Of a stretch of DNA of 64,000 nt, positions 8,832-18,645 are shown piece after piece. Under the pieces are notes generated by a model. It ran no database searches. It saw only the letters and a program-made list of their open reading frames with translations, and was not told the origin of the DNA. The DNA is taken from NCBI GenBank assembly GCA_041577295.1, contig JBFGJG010000008.1:32001-96000 (forward strand), in the 5' to 3' direction. The translations under genes were made by a program, and so were the position numbers. The stretch is from Gemmatimonadales bacterium. GTDB lineage: Bacteria; Gemmatimonadota; Gemmatimonadetes; Gemmatimonadales; GWC2-71-9. The first letter of the stretch is position 1, and each line of letters starts with the position of its first letter.

Positions 8832-11699
8832 CTAAGTGACCTCGCCTGTCCGCAGTCGTTCGAAGAGCGAAGTTGTTTCGGGGTCCGGCTCCACCTCCAG
8901 CTCGGACCGCAGGCGATCGCTGAGGTTCTGATAGAGTCGAAGTGACTCGGCGCGCTCCCCGAGCCGCGCATGGCAGGTCATGAGCCGGCGATACGCCTTT
9001 TCATGTATCGGGTCGCGGGCGATCGCCCGGCGATACCGCACCGCCGCCTCGGGGTTGTTGCCCTGGTCGAGCCACCAATCTCCGAGGGCGACGCAGGCCT
9101 CTAGGTAGACGCGCTGGAGACGGTAACGGATCTCGAGGTGCCAGTCGCCGGCGCTTTCGCTCTCCAGAAAATCGCCGCGATAGAGACAGAGCGCCGCGTC
9201 CAGCCGCCCCGGTCCGAGTCCTGCGCGGAGATCCCGGAGCCCGGCCGCGACCTCCCGCTCAAACGTGTGCACGTCGAACTCTGTCAAGACACCGCGAGCA
9301 AGGACGTAGCGGTCATCGTCCAGGACGATCCAGTCGGGGTGCCCCAGTGCCTGACGCAGCCGGTGCACCGTGACGTTCACATTGTTCCGGACCTTTGCAG
9401 CGGAGGCCTCCGGCCAGAACGTGACGCCGATCTGCTCACGTGTGGCACCCTCCGGGTGGCATGCAAGGAACAAGAGCAACTCGCGAGACCGGACTGACCG
9501 CCATACTTCGGAACCCAGGATCGCCCCGTCGGACACGATCTGCACCGGCCCGAGCGCAAAGACGCGTAACTGCGACGCGACACCTGGACCGGAAGAGCAT
9601 TCCTGCAAATCCTCTAGGAGTCTCTCTACTGTGAGCGTCCGGCCGGCTTGCACGGCAGCATCAAACACCGGCTGGCCCATCGTGATCCGTAGCGATTCCA
9701 TCAGGCGCTGCATTTCGATGCGATCCGTTTCCGGCATACCGACACCGAGCCCCTCGCGCAGCTCATCTGCGGCCGAGATGAGTTCGACTGCACTTTGCCC
9801 GCGACCCACGTCCACCGCGACCCTGGCGAGCTCCTCCATCGCTTTGAGCAACCCCCAGCGATCGTTGGTCTGTTGGTGCACCGAAAGGCTCTCCGCAAGA
9901 TGCTGAATGGCCGACTCGGGGTTCCCCCGCCGGCGCTCCAACCGGCCGAGCACGTGGAGGGAGTGGGCAATCGATGGTTTGTGCCCGAGCGCGCGCGCGT
10001 GCCGATTGGCTTCCTCAAACGAGGCTTGCGCTTGGTTCAGCCGTCCGTGTGCCTCGGCGGCGAGACCCAACCAGTAGAGCGTGAACGGAAGCAACACCCC
10101 CAACTCGAGCGACCGGGCGATCCTGACAGCCTCCTCCAATATCGCCAGCGCCTCATCGTGTGACTCCTCGCGACTCAGGGCAGCGCCCAGGCCGGCCATG
10201 GCATAGGCCCGCGTGTAACGGTCCGGCGACTGCAGAAGCAACGACACGGCCTCGTTCATCGCGCTCGTCACCGCCGCGTGGTCGCCTTGCCAGAGGGCGA
10301 CGTGACCCAGCGCAGTGAGCGCTCGGGCACGAAGCTGCGGATCGGCGGTCGCCGATTGCTTGAGGGCTGCGGTGAGGGTCGCGCGTCCTTCTCGAAAGTG
10401 ACCTCCGGCAAACCAGAACCAGTGGAGCGCCGCCGCCATGCGCAGAGCATCGTCCGCGCGCCCGGGATCGCCACCGAACCACTCGGCGGCTACCCGAAAG
10501 TTCGCATGCTCCTGCGATAGCCTCGCGACGAGCTCCTCGTCCCCTGCCCCACCGAACATGGGCCGAGCCGACGATTCGGCCAGCGCGAGGAAATAGGCCG
10601 CGTGCCGCTCACGCACTGTCGGCTCCTCACCAACTTCGCGCAGCCGCTCGAGGAGGTACTGGCGGACGGTTTCCAACAACCGGTACCGGACGCTGTCTCC
10701 GCGTGCCTCGCTCACCACCATCGACTTGTCCACGAGCGCGGAGAGGGTAGGAAGCACGTCTTGTCGTTCGATTGGGGCAAAGCCACAGACCGCTTCGACC
10801 GCATCGAGGCTAAGCCCGCACGCAAAAACCGCTAACCGTCGCAGCAACGAACGGTCTCGGTCGGCGAGCAGCGTGTAGCTCCAATCGATGGTGGCGCCAA
10901 GCGTCCGTTGACGTGGCACCGCCGTGCGTGAGCCCTCGAGCAGCTCAAAGCTGTCCTCGAGGCGGTGAGCAATCTGCGCCGGCGTGAGAACGCGCACGCG
11001 GGCGGCAGCGAGTTCGATCGCCAGCGGCAGACCGTCCAGCCGTCTGCAGATATCGGCAACCGCTTCTGCCGTGTCATCCGTCACCGCAAACGCTGGAGAC
11101 ACGGCCTGCGCCCGTTCGACGAAGAGCTGCATGGCTTCTGAGCCAGCGGCGCGCGACGGTTGCTGACCGTCCGGCAAGCTCAGCGGAGGCACGAGCCAGG
11201 ACTGTTCTCCGGTAATACCCAGCGGCTCCCTGCTCGTGGCGACGACTCGCAGCCTGGGGCAGCCATGAAGCAACGTCGCGACGAGCTTCGCGCAAGCATC
11301 GATCAGATGCTCGCAATTGTCCAAGACCACGACAGCCTCACGCTCCCTGAAGAACTCGATCAACGAGTCCTCAGCCGCGTGGCCACGGTCCTCACGCAGA
11401 CCAACGGACCCCGCGAGGTACTGTGGTAACAGTGTGGATGCGGTGATAGGCGCCAAGTCGATCCAGACGACATCGGCCGACTCGGGCACGCGCGCGACCA
11501 GCTCGACGGCCAGACGGGTCTTCCCGCTCCCCCCGGGCCCCGTGAGCGTCAGCAAGCGGCAGGAGGTGAGGAGCCGCCCCAGTTGCTCGAGCTCTCGTTC
11601 GCGACCGACAAAGCGTGTGAGATAGACGGGCACCGGGGGCAGTGCCCGGAGTGGAGGATGACTCCGGGTCTCAAAGCGTAACGCGCCGGCCTGAGCCAT
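8832..11699 (-). CDS. NB-ARC-like ATPase-TPR regulator with C-terminal winged helix + BTAD (AfsR/SARP-like)
   Basis: LTRFVGRERE, GPGGSGKT, VVLDNCEH, LDGLPLAIELAAAR; TPRs; LRVFALGP...LYRGDFL...DPIHEKAYRRLM...ELEVEPDPET. Confidence 0.88.
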   Translation of the reverse strand: MAQAGALRFETRSHPPLRALPPVPVYLTRFVGRERELEQLGRLLTSCRLLTLTGPGGSGKTRLAVELVARVPESADVVWIDLAPITASTLLPQYLAGSVGLREDRGHAAEDSLIEFFREREAVVVLDNCEHLIDACAKLVATLLHGCPRLRVVATSREPLGITGEQSWLVPPLSLPDGQQPSRAAGSEAMQLFVERAQAVSPAFAVTDDTAEAVADICRRLDGLPLAIELAAARVRVLTPAQIAHRLEDSFELLEGSRTAVPRQRTLGATIDWSYTLLADRDRSLLRRLAVFACGLSLDAVEAVCGFAPIERQDVLPTLSALVDKSMVVSEARGDSVRYRLLETVRQYLLERLREVGEEPTVRERHAAYFLALAESSARPMFGGAGDEELVARLSQEHANFRVAAEWFGGDPGRADDALRMAAALHWFWFAGGHFREGRATLTAALKQSATADPQLRARALTALGHVALWQGDHAAVTSAMNEAVSLLLQSPDRYTRAYAMAGLGAALSREESHDEALAILEEAVRIARSLELGVLLPFTLYWLGLAAEAHGRLNQAQASFEEANRHARALGHKPSIAHSLHVLGRLERRRGNPESAIQHLAESLSVHQQTNDRWGLLKAMEELARVAVDVGRGQSAVELISAADELREGLGVGMPETDRIEMQRLMESLRITMGQPVFDAAVQAGRTLTVERLLEDLQECSSGPGVASQLRVFALGPVQIVSDGAILGSEVWRSVRSRELLLFLACHPEGATREQIGVTFWPEASAAKVRNNVNVTVHRLRQALGHPDWIVLDDDRYVLARGVLTEFDVHTFEREVAAGLRDLRAGLGPGRLDAALCLYRGDFLESESAGDWHLEIRYRLQRVYLEACVALGDWWLDQGNNPEAAVRYRRAIARDPIHEKAYRRLMTCHARLGERAESLRLYQNLSDRLRSELEVEPDPETTSLFERLRTGEVT

Positions 11700-11864
11700 G
11701 CTATCGCGCCCCAACGGAAGGAGCGGCCCCACCGGCGGCGGTGCCCGACCGAGGGTCCGCCGACGGCACGTAGCCGCCCGTACAAACGTAAAGATCGCCA
11801 GCCACGGGCGTTCCGGAAAGGCCCCTGCAACCTTTTGCCCGGGTCGTGGATCTAATCTCACATA

Positions 11865-11883
11865 CCTCTCGATTACCGACAGG
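11865..11883 (+). promoter_or_regulatory. Putative PadR operator
   Basis: CCTCTCG-N5-CGACAGG (one mismatch) between TAATCT and the padR RBS. Confidence 0.5.
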
Positions 11884-11905
11884 AGCCTTCGAAAGGAGTC
11901 CCGTC

Positions 11906-12253
11906 GTGGGACGCGAACGGCCCGATCTGATCAAAGGCACCTTGGATATGCTGATCCTCAAGGTTCTCTCGCTCGAGCCCCTGCACGGCTGGGGGATCTC
12001 GGAGCGCATCCAACAGAAGTCGGGTGAGGCGTTGCGGGTGCAGCAGGGATCCCTTTACGCCTCGCTGCATCGTCTGGCGCGCGAGGGGTGGATTCGATCG
12101 TATTGGCAAACGACCGAGCACAACCGCCGCGCTCGCTACTACGCGTTGACGCCAGCCGGGGAGCGACAGCTGGGTATCGAGGCAAAGCACTGGGAGAAGC
12201 TGTCGCGGGGGGTTGAGCGTGTGATGGGTGGCGACGTGGGATTGGCCGGATAG
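11906..12253 (+). CDS. PadR-family regulator (acidobacterial type)
   Basis: LIKGTLDMLILKVL, PLHGWGI, QGSLYASLHRL, NRRARYYALT; AAGGAG RBS before GTG 11906. Confidence 0.92.
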   Translation: MGRERPDLIKGTLDMLILKVLSLEPLHGWGISERIQQKSGEALRVQQGSLYASLHRLAREGWIRSYWQTTEHNRRARYYALTPAGERQLGIEAKHWEKLSRGVERVMGGDVGLAG

Positions 12254-12296
12254 GCGGGATGGCCAGGAAAGTCAAACGAGGCAGGAGAGAAAGACC

Positions 12297-14924
12297 ATGC
12301 GTTGGCTGGACAATTGGTGGTTCCGGGTCAGAGCCCTCGTCACATCCCGAAACATGGAGCGGGAGTTAGACGACGAGATCGCTTTCCACCTCGCCATGGA
12401 AACGGAGAAGCTCATGGATCAGGGGATGTCCCCCGAAGACGCCCGGGTAGAGGCACGGCGCCGGTTTGGTAGCGAAGTGCGCGAGCGCGAACGCGCACGC
12501 GAGGCGTGGGGCGTAGGCCTGGTACAGGACCTTGGAGCGGACGCCGTGCACACGTTTCGTCAGTTTCGACGGCATCCGGCATTCGCGGCGGTTTCGATCC
12601 TCACACTTGCCCTCGGCATTGGAGCCACCGTGGCGTTGTTCAGCGTGGTCCACGGCCTCATGCTGCGTCCCCTCCCCTTTCCCGCCGATAAACAACTCGT
12701 TGTGTTCTGGAGCGAGTTCAACTGGCGCGGCGTCGAGTTCGACTTTGCCAAGGAACGAGTCACGGCCTATGAGCACATCGCGGCCTTCTCAACGGACGCG
12801 GTTCCGCTCCAGGCCGACGCGGGCACCTCGCTCTTAATGAACACGGTTGGCTCGGCGGAGCTCTTCGATGTGCTCGGTGTTCGACCGCTCCTGGGACGGA
12901 CTTTTCAACCCGGTGAGGATCGTCCAGGTGCCGAACCCGTGGTGATTCTCAGCCACTCGCTGTGGCAGCAGGAAATGGGAAGTGATCCGAGCGTTCTGGG
13001 GCAGCGTCTTCTGCTCGGCGGCGTTCCTACCACGATCATCGGCGTGATGCCACCAGGGTTCTACTTCCCCTCACCCAACTACCGAGCTTGGCGACCGCTC
13101 GTGCTCGATCCTGCTTCGAACGACTACCGAGGAAATGCCTCCCTCAGCCTCATCGCGCGCGTTCGTGCTGGCGTGACGGACGGCGCCCTCCAAGGAGACC
13201 TCCAAGCACTGGCCTCTGCGCTCGGGGAGGAGTTCGACTATCCAGCCGCCTGGGACAAGAGCAAGGACGCGAACCTCATACCGATGCGCGCGTACCTGTT
13301 TGGCAACGTCAGGCCCGCCGTGCTCCTGCTCCTCGGGGCGGTCGGACTCCTGTTGCTTATGGCGACGGCAAATGCGGCGGCCCTGATTCTGGCACGCACC
13401 ACCGACCGCACCGGTGAGATGGCGGTGCGCACAGCACTGGGCGCCGACGGTAGCCGCATTGCCCGACAGGTCCTCACAGAATCGCTGGTTCTCGCTGCCG
13501 TGGCCGGGGTTGGCGGTGCGCTGCTCGCACGCGTGCTGTTTCAAACGTTGGTCGCCATGCTGCCATTGCAGGACGGATTCGGCGAAGCGATCTCGCTCAC
13601 CTGGATCGCGTTCGCGGTGGGCATTGCCCTGGCAACCATCGTCGGGATCGCCGTCGCGGTGGTGCCCATGCGTCATCTCCTCCGTGGGAACCTGGAAGAC
13701 CTGCGGGGCGAGCGTACGGAGGGCGGACTCACCCGACGAACCGGCCGCGCGCAGGCGGCCCTCGTTGCCGCCGAGGTTCTGCTCGCGGTCACGCTCGTGA
13801 CCGGGGCGGGGCTGTTGATTCGATCCGTCGCCCAATTGAGAGCACTCGACCTCGGGATCGAGCCCTCGGGCGTGGTGACCGTCGATCTCATGGCCGCCGA
13901 TGAGGCGATGGATGATGTCGCCAAGCGCCAATTTTTTCAGGAAGCCGTCCGCCGCGTGACCGCGCTCCCAGGCGTGCACTCCGCAGGCCTCGTAGTGCGG
14001 TTGCCCATCCGCGACGGTGGCTGGCAAGGTCCGGTCACGGTGGAGAGCCGCCCTGACCTGACGGGCGCCGCGAGACCCAACAGCTTTTGGCGCATGGTGA
14101 CGCCCGGGTACTTCACGGCAATTGGGATCGAGCTGCGCCAGGGACGCGGTTTCGATGAGCGTGACCGCGAGGGGACGCTGCTGGTCACAGTCGTCAGCGA
14201 GACGTTCGCCCGACGCATGTGGCCTGGCGAGGATCCGATCGGGAAACGCATTGCCACCGGCATCTCGCTCGGGCACGAATGGCTCACCGTGGTTGGCGTG
14301 GTGGAGGACGCCCGCTTGGTGTCGGTGACCGATGACCATCCGCCGGTCATGTACGTCCCGATGGCACAGGCCGCGTTTTTTGGAGACGGCCAGGTTCTGG
14401 TCGTGAGGCGTGAACAAGCGGCGACGGACCTGATCCCCCAGATTCGCGCTTTGGTACGTGACATCGACCCACGGGTCGCAGTGTCGCGAGCCAGCTCCAT
14501 GGAAGAGGTCGTGGCGGGTGCGATGGCCGAGCCGCTCCGGCTGCGATTTTTCCTGATGTTGTTTGCCGCGCTGGGCCTCATCCTGGGGACCGTGGGAGTC
14601 TACGGTGTAGTGTCGTACGCCGTGACTCGCCGTCGGTCGGAGTTTGGTATTCGCATGGCGCTCGGCGCGACTTCCAGCAACGTGCTCACCGTGGTCGTGC
14701 GTCGCGGAATGGTACCAGTGGCCGTGGGCGTGGCGGGTGGAATCGCCGCGTCACTCGCGATGTCCCGGCTCCTGGCCGGCTTTTTGTACGATGTGGCTCC
14801 CACCGATCCCACGAGCCTTGTTGGTGCGGCCACCACACTCTTGCTCACGGGGATCGGTGCGGCGGTGATCCCAGCCTGGCGGGCGGGGCGGGTGAGCCCA
14901 GTCGAGGTGTTGAGGGTCGAGTAG
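12297..14924 (+). CDS. ADOP-type duplicated MacB/FtsX ABC permease
   Basis: ELDDEIAFHL N-terminal extension; TLALGIGA; two EMAVRTALGA/EFGIRMALGA FtsX motifs; follows padR. Confidence 0.9.
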   Translation: MRWLDNWWFRVRALVTSRNMERELDDEIAFHLAMETEKLMDQGMSPEDARVEARRRFGSEVRERERAREAWGVGLVQDLGADAVHTFRQFRRHPAFAAVSILTLALGIGATVALFSVVHGLMLRPLPFPADKQLVVFWSEFNWRGVEFDFAKERVTAYEHIAAFSTDAVPLQADAGTSLLMNTVGSAELFDVLGVRPLLGRTFQPGEDRPGAEPVVILSHSLWQQEMGSDPSVLGQRLLLGGVPTTIIGVMPPGFYFPSPNYRAWRPLVLDPASNDYRGNASLSLIARVRAGVTDGALQGDLQALASALGEEFDYPAAWDKSKDANLIPMRAYLFGNVRPAVLLLLGAVGLLLLMATANAAALILARTTDRTGEMAVRTALGADGSRIARQVLTESLVLAAVAGVGGALLARVLFQTLVAMLPLQDGFGEAISLTWIAFAVGIALATIVGIAVAVVPMRHLLRGNLEDLRGERTEGGLTRRTGRAQAALVAAEVLLAVTLVTGAGLLIRSVAQLRALDLGIEPSGVVTVDLMAADEAMDDVAKRQFFQEAVRRVTALPGVHSAGLVVRLPIRDGGWQGPVTVESRPDLTGAARPNSFWRMVTPGYFTAIGIELRQGRGFDERDREGTLLVTVVSETFARRMWPGEDPIGKRIATGISLGHEWLTVVGVVEDARLVSVTDDHPPVMYVPMAQAAFFGDGQVLVVRREQAATDLIPQIRALVRDIDPRVAVSRASSMEEVVAGAMAEPLRLRFFLMLFAALGLILGTVGVYGVVSYAVTRRRSEFGIRMALGATSSNVLTVVVRRGMVPVAVGVAGGIAASLAMSRLLAGFLYDVAPTDPTSLVGAATTLLLTGIGAAVIPAWRAGRVSPVEVLRVE

Positions 14925-15007
14925 TGAGTGGTGTGTAGTGAGTCGTGCGTGATAGATTCAACAGCGAGTGGGCTGCAGTGTTTCAAACCTTAGACCTCTT
15001 AGTGCTT

Positions 15008-15280
15008 ATGTGTCGCAACATCAGAACGCTGTACAACTTTGCTCCGCCGGCGACCCACGAAGAGATCCGTGCGGCGTCGCTGCAGTTCGTCCGCAAGGTG
15101 AGTGGGTTCACGCGTCCGTCAAAGGCCAATGAGGCAGCGTTTGAACAGGCCGTTGAGGATGTGGCACGTGTCGTGGATGAATTGATGACCTCGCTCGTGA
15201 CGACCGCCGCACCGCGAGATCGCGAGGTCGAGCGTGAAAAGGCGCGTGCGCGGGCGGCTAAGCGTTTCGCAACCGGTTAG
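15008..15280 (+). CDS. DUF2277 family protein
   Basis: MCRNIRTLYNFAPPATHEEIRAASLQFVRKVSG signature. Confidence 0.88.
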   Translation: MCRNIRTLYNFAPPATHEEIRAASLQFVRKVSGFTRPSKANEAAFEQAVEDVARVVDELMTSLVTTAAPRDREVEREKARARAAKRFATG

Positions 15281-15290
15281 CTGCCCGGGA

Positions 15291-16454
15291 TCAGGTCGTC
15301 TCGCCCGAGCGCTCGTCTGCTCGGCGTAACTTCTGCAGCCGTTCCAGCATCGCGTCCTGAAGGACGTGTTTGCCCTGATCGGCGTAGAGTGTCGCGAGGT
15401 TGATGAGCGTCACTTCGTCCCACAAGGTTGGACTCCACGCACCGGCATCGCGAATGGCGATGGCGCGCAGATACATCTCTTCGGCCTCCTCGTCCTTGCC
15501 TTGAATCTGACAGACCATGCCGATTCGGTCGCACGCGTAGGCCATCTTCGGGTGCACCTCGCACACGCCGGACAACAACATGCTCAGCGCATCGCGAAAG
15601 CACTGCTCCGCCGCGGGCACATAATCTTCACCCGGCCGTTTCGTGAGCAAGATCATGCCATGACGCAGGCTCCCGTCCGCACGACGCAACGCATCGGCCT
15701 CCGAGGGCGTCGCCCCGGCAGGATCCGGCGGACCAACCAGTCGCGTCACCAACCCCCACGGCCCCCGCTGCGCGGGCGCCAGCACGATCTCGGTGCCGTA
15801 CACATCTTCGTCGCCTACGTCGGTCTCAGCCGCGCCAGGCTCGGCGGGCTCGCGCTCGAGATCTCGCATGGCCGCCGTGATATCCCCATCATCGACTTCC
15901 GTCGCCGTCGGTGTTTCACCCGCTCGGAAGAACGGGCTGTCGATGATGAGTCGGAGGATGGCCGCTTGGACGGTTCGTTGCCGTCGCACCTCATGAGGTG
16001 AGCGATCGTCACCCACGCCAGCGAGCGCGCGTTCTGCCATGATCGCCGCTCTCCGCGCCCGGCTAAACCCCGAGGAACCGGACAGCGCAAACCATTCGAT
16101 GGACGACTGGGCGAGTGGCCGCGTTGGAGCAACGGTGCTGGCATCGAGTCCAGCGTAGCTCACACACCAACTCACAAACCGGTCGAGTGCATCGTGCACT
16201 GCATCTTGCCGGTCGAGGTACTTCCTCCGCACCGCGTGACCGAGCATGAAGACCATGAGTTCCGGCGTCCGGGCGGACTGCCATACTTCGTCGAGCGACT
16301 CGTGCCGAGCGGCCCACTGAGACCACTCTGCGAGGAGCGGCACGTCACCGCTACGGGTGTGTTTCCCCGCATCGGCGAAGAAATCAGCGACACCCGGGAG
16401 TGCCGGATGCGAGGTTCGGGCGCGATCGGCTTCGGGAACTCGATATGACGACAT
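15291..16454 (-). CDS. Hypothetical protein with C-terminal TPRs
   Basis: 387 aa; QGKDEEAEEMYLRAIAI and TLINLATLYADQGK TPR motifs. Confidence 0.7.
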   Translation of the reverse strand: MSSYRVPEADRARTSHPALPGVADFFADAGKHTRSGDVPLLAEWSQWAARHESLDEVWQSARTPELMVFMLGHAVRRKYLDRQDAVHDALDRFVSWCVSYAGLDASTVAPTRPLAQSSIEWFALSGSSGFSRARRAAIMAERALAGVGDDRSPHEVRRQRTVQAAILRLIIDSPFFRAGETPTATEVDDGDITAAMRDLEREPAEPGAAETDVGDEDVYGTEIVLAPAQRGPWGLVTRLVGPPDPAGATPSEADALRRADGSLRHGMILLTKRPGEDYVPAAEQCFRDALSMLLSGVCEVHPKMAYACDRIGMVCQIQGKDEEAEEMYLRAIAIRDAGAWSPTLWDEVTLINLATLYADQGKHVLQDAMLERLQKLRRADERSGETT

Positions 16455-16650
16455 CGCCTGCCCTTTCGTGGCGGATTCCGTCTCTCTCGTGCAAAACTCC
16501 GGACCATTCGGTCCAGCTTCCTTAGCGATGTCTGTTTTTTTCGCACTCTCCGTGCCGGGAATCGCAACCCAAAAACATGTTGTAAAGGGAGTGTGACGTA
16601 GCGCACAAAGGCGCCCGGCACGAGTGGGGAGTGGCTGATTTGGAGAGTGG

Positions 16651-17859
16651 TTAGTGAGGACGCCAGGAGTCCAGGATGTCCAGTCCCACGCTATCGGTAA
16701 GACGCACTATGCCCGAACCGTCTGCATTCATCACGTAGATCTCATCGTCGCCGTCCCGATCACTGGTAAACCCGATCCTGAGGCCATCTGGCGACCATAT
16801 GGGATACCGATCGGTGGCCGCGTCAGAGGTGAGTCGTGTCTCGTTCGTGCCGTCGGCATTGATGACGTAGATGTCGGCATTGCGCTCGCGATAGGCGTGA
16901 TACGCGATCCTGCTCCCATCGGGAGACCACACCACCCGCCTACCTTCGTAGGCCTCGTTGGTCGTGAGTTGGACGACGTCGGTCCCGTCCGCCCGCATAA
17001 CGTAGAGCTCCCGTCTCCCATCCCGTTCCGACGCGAACGCGATTTGGGACCCATCGGGCGACCAGCCGCCGTCACTGTCGTCTCCGAAATTGAAGGTCAA
17101 GCGGGTCTGCTCGGTGCCATCTGCCCGCATCACGTAGAGCTCCCGATCGCCGTCGTCCCGGTCGGACGTAAACAGAATCTGCGATCCATCGGGTGACCAG
17201 CGGGGCAGACCATCGGCCGCCGTGTTGTGGGTGAGCTGCTCCAGACCACGACGAGCGTCGAACATGACGAACACTTCGAAGTCGCCATCGCGGTTCGACA
17301 TGAACGCGATGAGTCCGTGTCCGTCGGGATGCCAGTCAGCGTTGAGATCGTGCGCCTCGTGCTGGGTGAGATATCTGGCGGCGCTACCGTCCGCGCGCAT
17401 CATGAGGACGTCGTAGCTTCCAAACCGCACCGAGGTGAACAGAATCGGCCTGCCGCTCTCGGCAATGGGATCTTCCGAAGGCGGACCGACCGGCTGCTCC
17501 GTGGCGCACGAGGTCGCGAACAGGAGCAGCAACGCCGCAGCGATCCCGCGCGCCTTCGTAAGACACGACCGCTCAGACCGCCTTGGATCGACTGGCTGCT
17601 GCAGTGGCACGAGAAGCTTTCCTCCGAGAGGCCTAATACACGCCGTTTGACCACCCACCGCAACCCCAGGCTCTGATGGGACGTCGTTCAGCCTCTCTCC
17701 TTCTGTCCTTCGACCCCCGTCTTTCCACACGCATAACCCGGACCAGCACAGCCACTTCCGGTGCTTGCGTAGGAATTCTCTTTGCTGCATCGTTCCTGAT
17801 GGCGGCGGTCCACGCCCAACCTCGTCAGCCCTCCCCCAGCGAGGGTTCCCGTGAGGCAA
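16651..17859 (-). CDS. TolB/PD40-repeat beta-propeller lipoprotein (true start probably downstream of 17859)
   Basis: LLLFATSC lipobox; repeated WSPDG..I.F.S.RDG..E.YVM.ADG units. Confidence 0.85.
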   Translation of the reverse strand: MPHGNPRWGRADEVGRGPPPSGTMQQREFLRKHRKWLCWSGLCVWKDGGRRTEGERLNDVPSEPGVAVGGQTACIRPLGGKLLVPLQQPVDPRRSERSCLTKARGIAAALLLLFATSCATEQPVGPPSEDPIAESGRPILFTSVRFGSYDVLMMRADGSAARYLTQHEAHDLNADWHPDGHGLIAFMSNRDGDFEVFVMFDARRGLEQLTHNTAADGLPRWSPDGSQILFTSDRDDGDRELYVMRADGTEQTRLTFNFGDDSDGGWSPDGSQIAFASERDGRRELYVMRADGTDVVQLTTNEAYEGRRVVWSPDGSRIAYHAYRERNADIYVINADGTNETRLTSDAATDRYPIWSPDGLRIGFTSDRDGDDEIYVMNADGSGIVRLTDSVGLDILDSWRPH

Positions 17860-17960
17860 AGGGGGGCATACTCCCGGATCGGCATCGAGTCACCTTTGGG
17901 TCGCTACAGAGCGCCGCCGTTGGGGGGCAGCGTCTTGTGGCCTGACCAAAGAGGGTTGCG

Positions 17961-18625
17961 ATGCCGAAGGACAAAGACTTCAAGCGCCTCGTGCGCAGCC
18001 GCATGCAGAAGACGGGCGAGTCGTACACCACCGCCCGAGCCCAACTCCTCGAAAAGAAGAATCCCGTCCCGGCCATCTACCTGGAGCTCACCGGCATGAG
18101 CGACACTGCCGTGCGTGCCAAGACCGGCAAGACGTGGAAGGAGTGGGTGCGGACGCTCGACGCCGTGGACGCGACCGCGAAGTCGCATTCCGCTATCGCC
18201 GATTGGATCTATGAGAACCACGACGTCTCCGGATGGTGGGCCCAGATGGTGACGGTGGGATACGAACGAATTCGTGGGCTGCGCGATGTCGGTCAGCGAC
18301 GAGGTGGCAGCTACGAAGCGTCGAAGAGCAAGACGGTGGCCGCTCCCCCTCGCCCAGCTGTTTCGGGCATGGAGTGACAAGCGCACTCGAGAAGCGGTGG
18401 CTCCCGGTCAAAGACCTCACCGTCCGCAAAGCCACCGAGAATAAATCGGTGCGGATCACGTGGAGCGACGGATCCTCCGTCGAGTGCTGGTTCACCGCCA
18501 AGGACTCCGGAAAGAGTCAGGTAGCCGTGCAGCACCGGAAGCTGGCGAGCAAGGAGGCTGCCGCCGAGATGAAGGAGTTTTGGGGCGAGCGGTTGGCGGC
18601 GCTGAAAGAGCAGTTAGAGAAATAG
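17961..18625 (+). pseudogene. Conserved hypothetical (DUF4287-like N-terminus) broken by two apparent +1 frameshifts; pseudogene or sequence error
   Basis: MSDTAVRAKTGKTWKEW...GWWAQMVTVGYER in one frame, LAQLFRAWSDKRTR in a second (18349-18390), KRWLP...FWGERLAAL in a third. Confidence 0.65.
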
Positions 18626-18645
18626 GACAGAAGTAGACTCTCACA

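Noticed and set aside
8832..11699. Avs/STAND anti-phage defence protein
   Set aside because: The effector is a wHTH-BTAD transcription module, not a nuclease, TIR or Sir2 domain, and there is no defence-island context.
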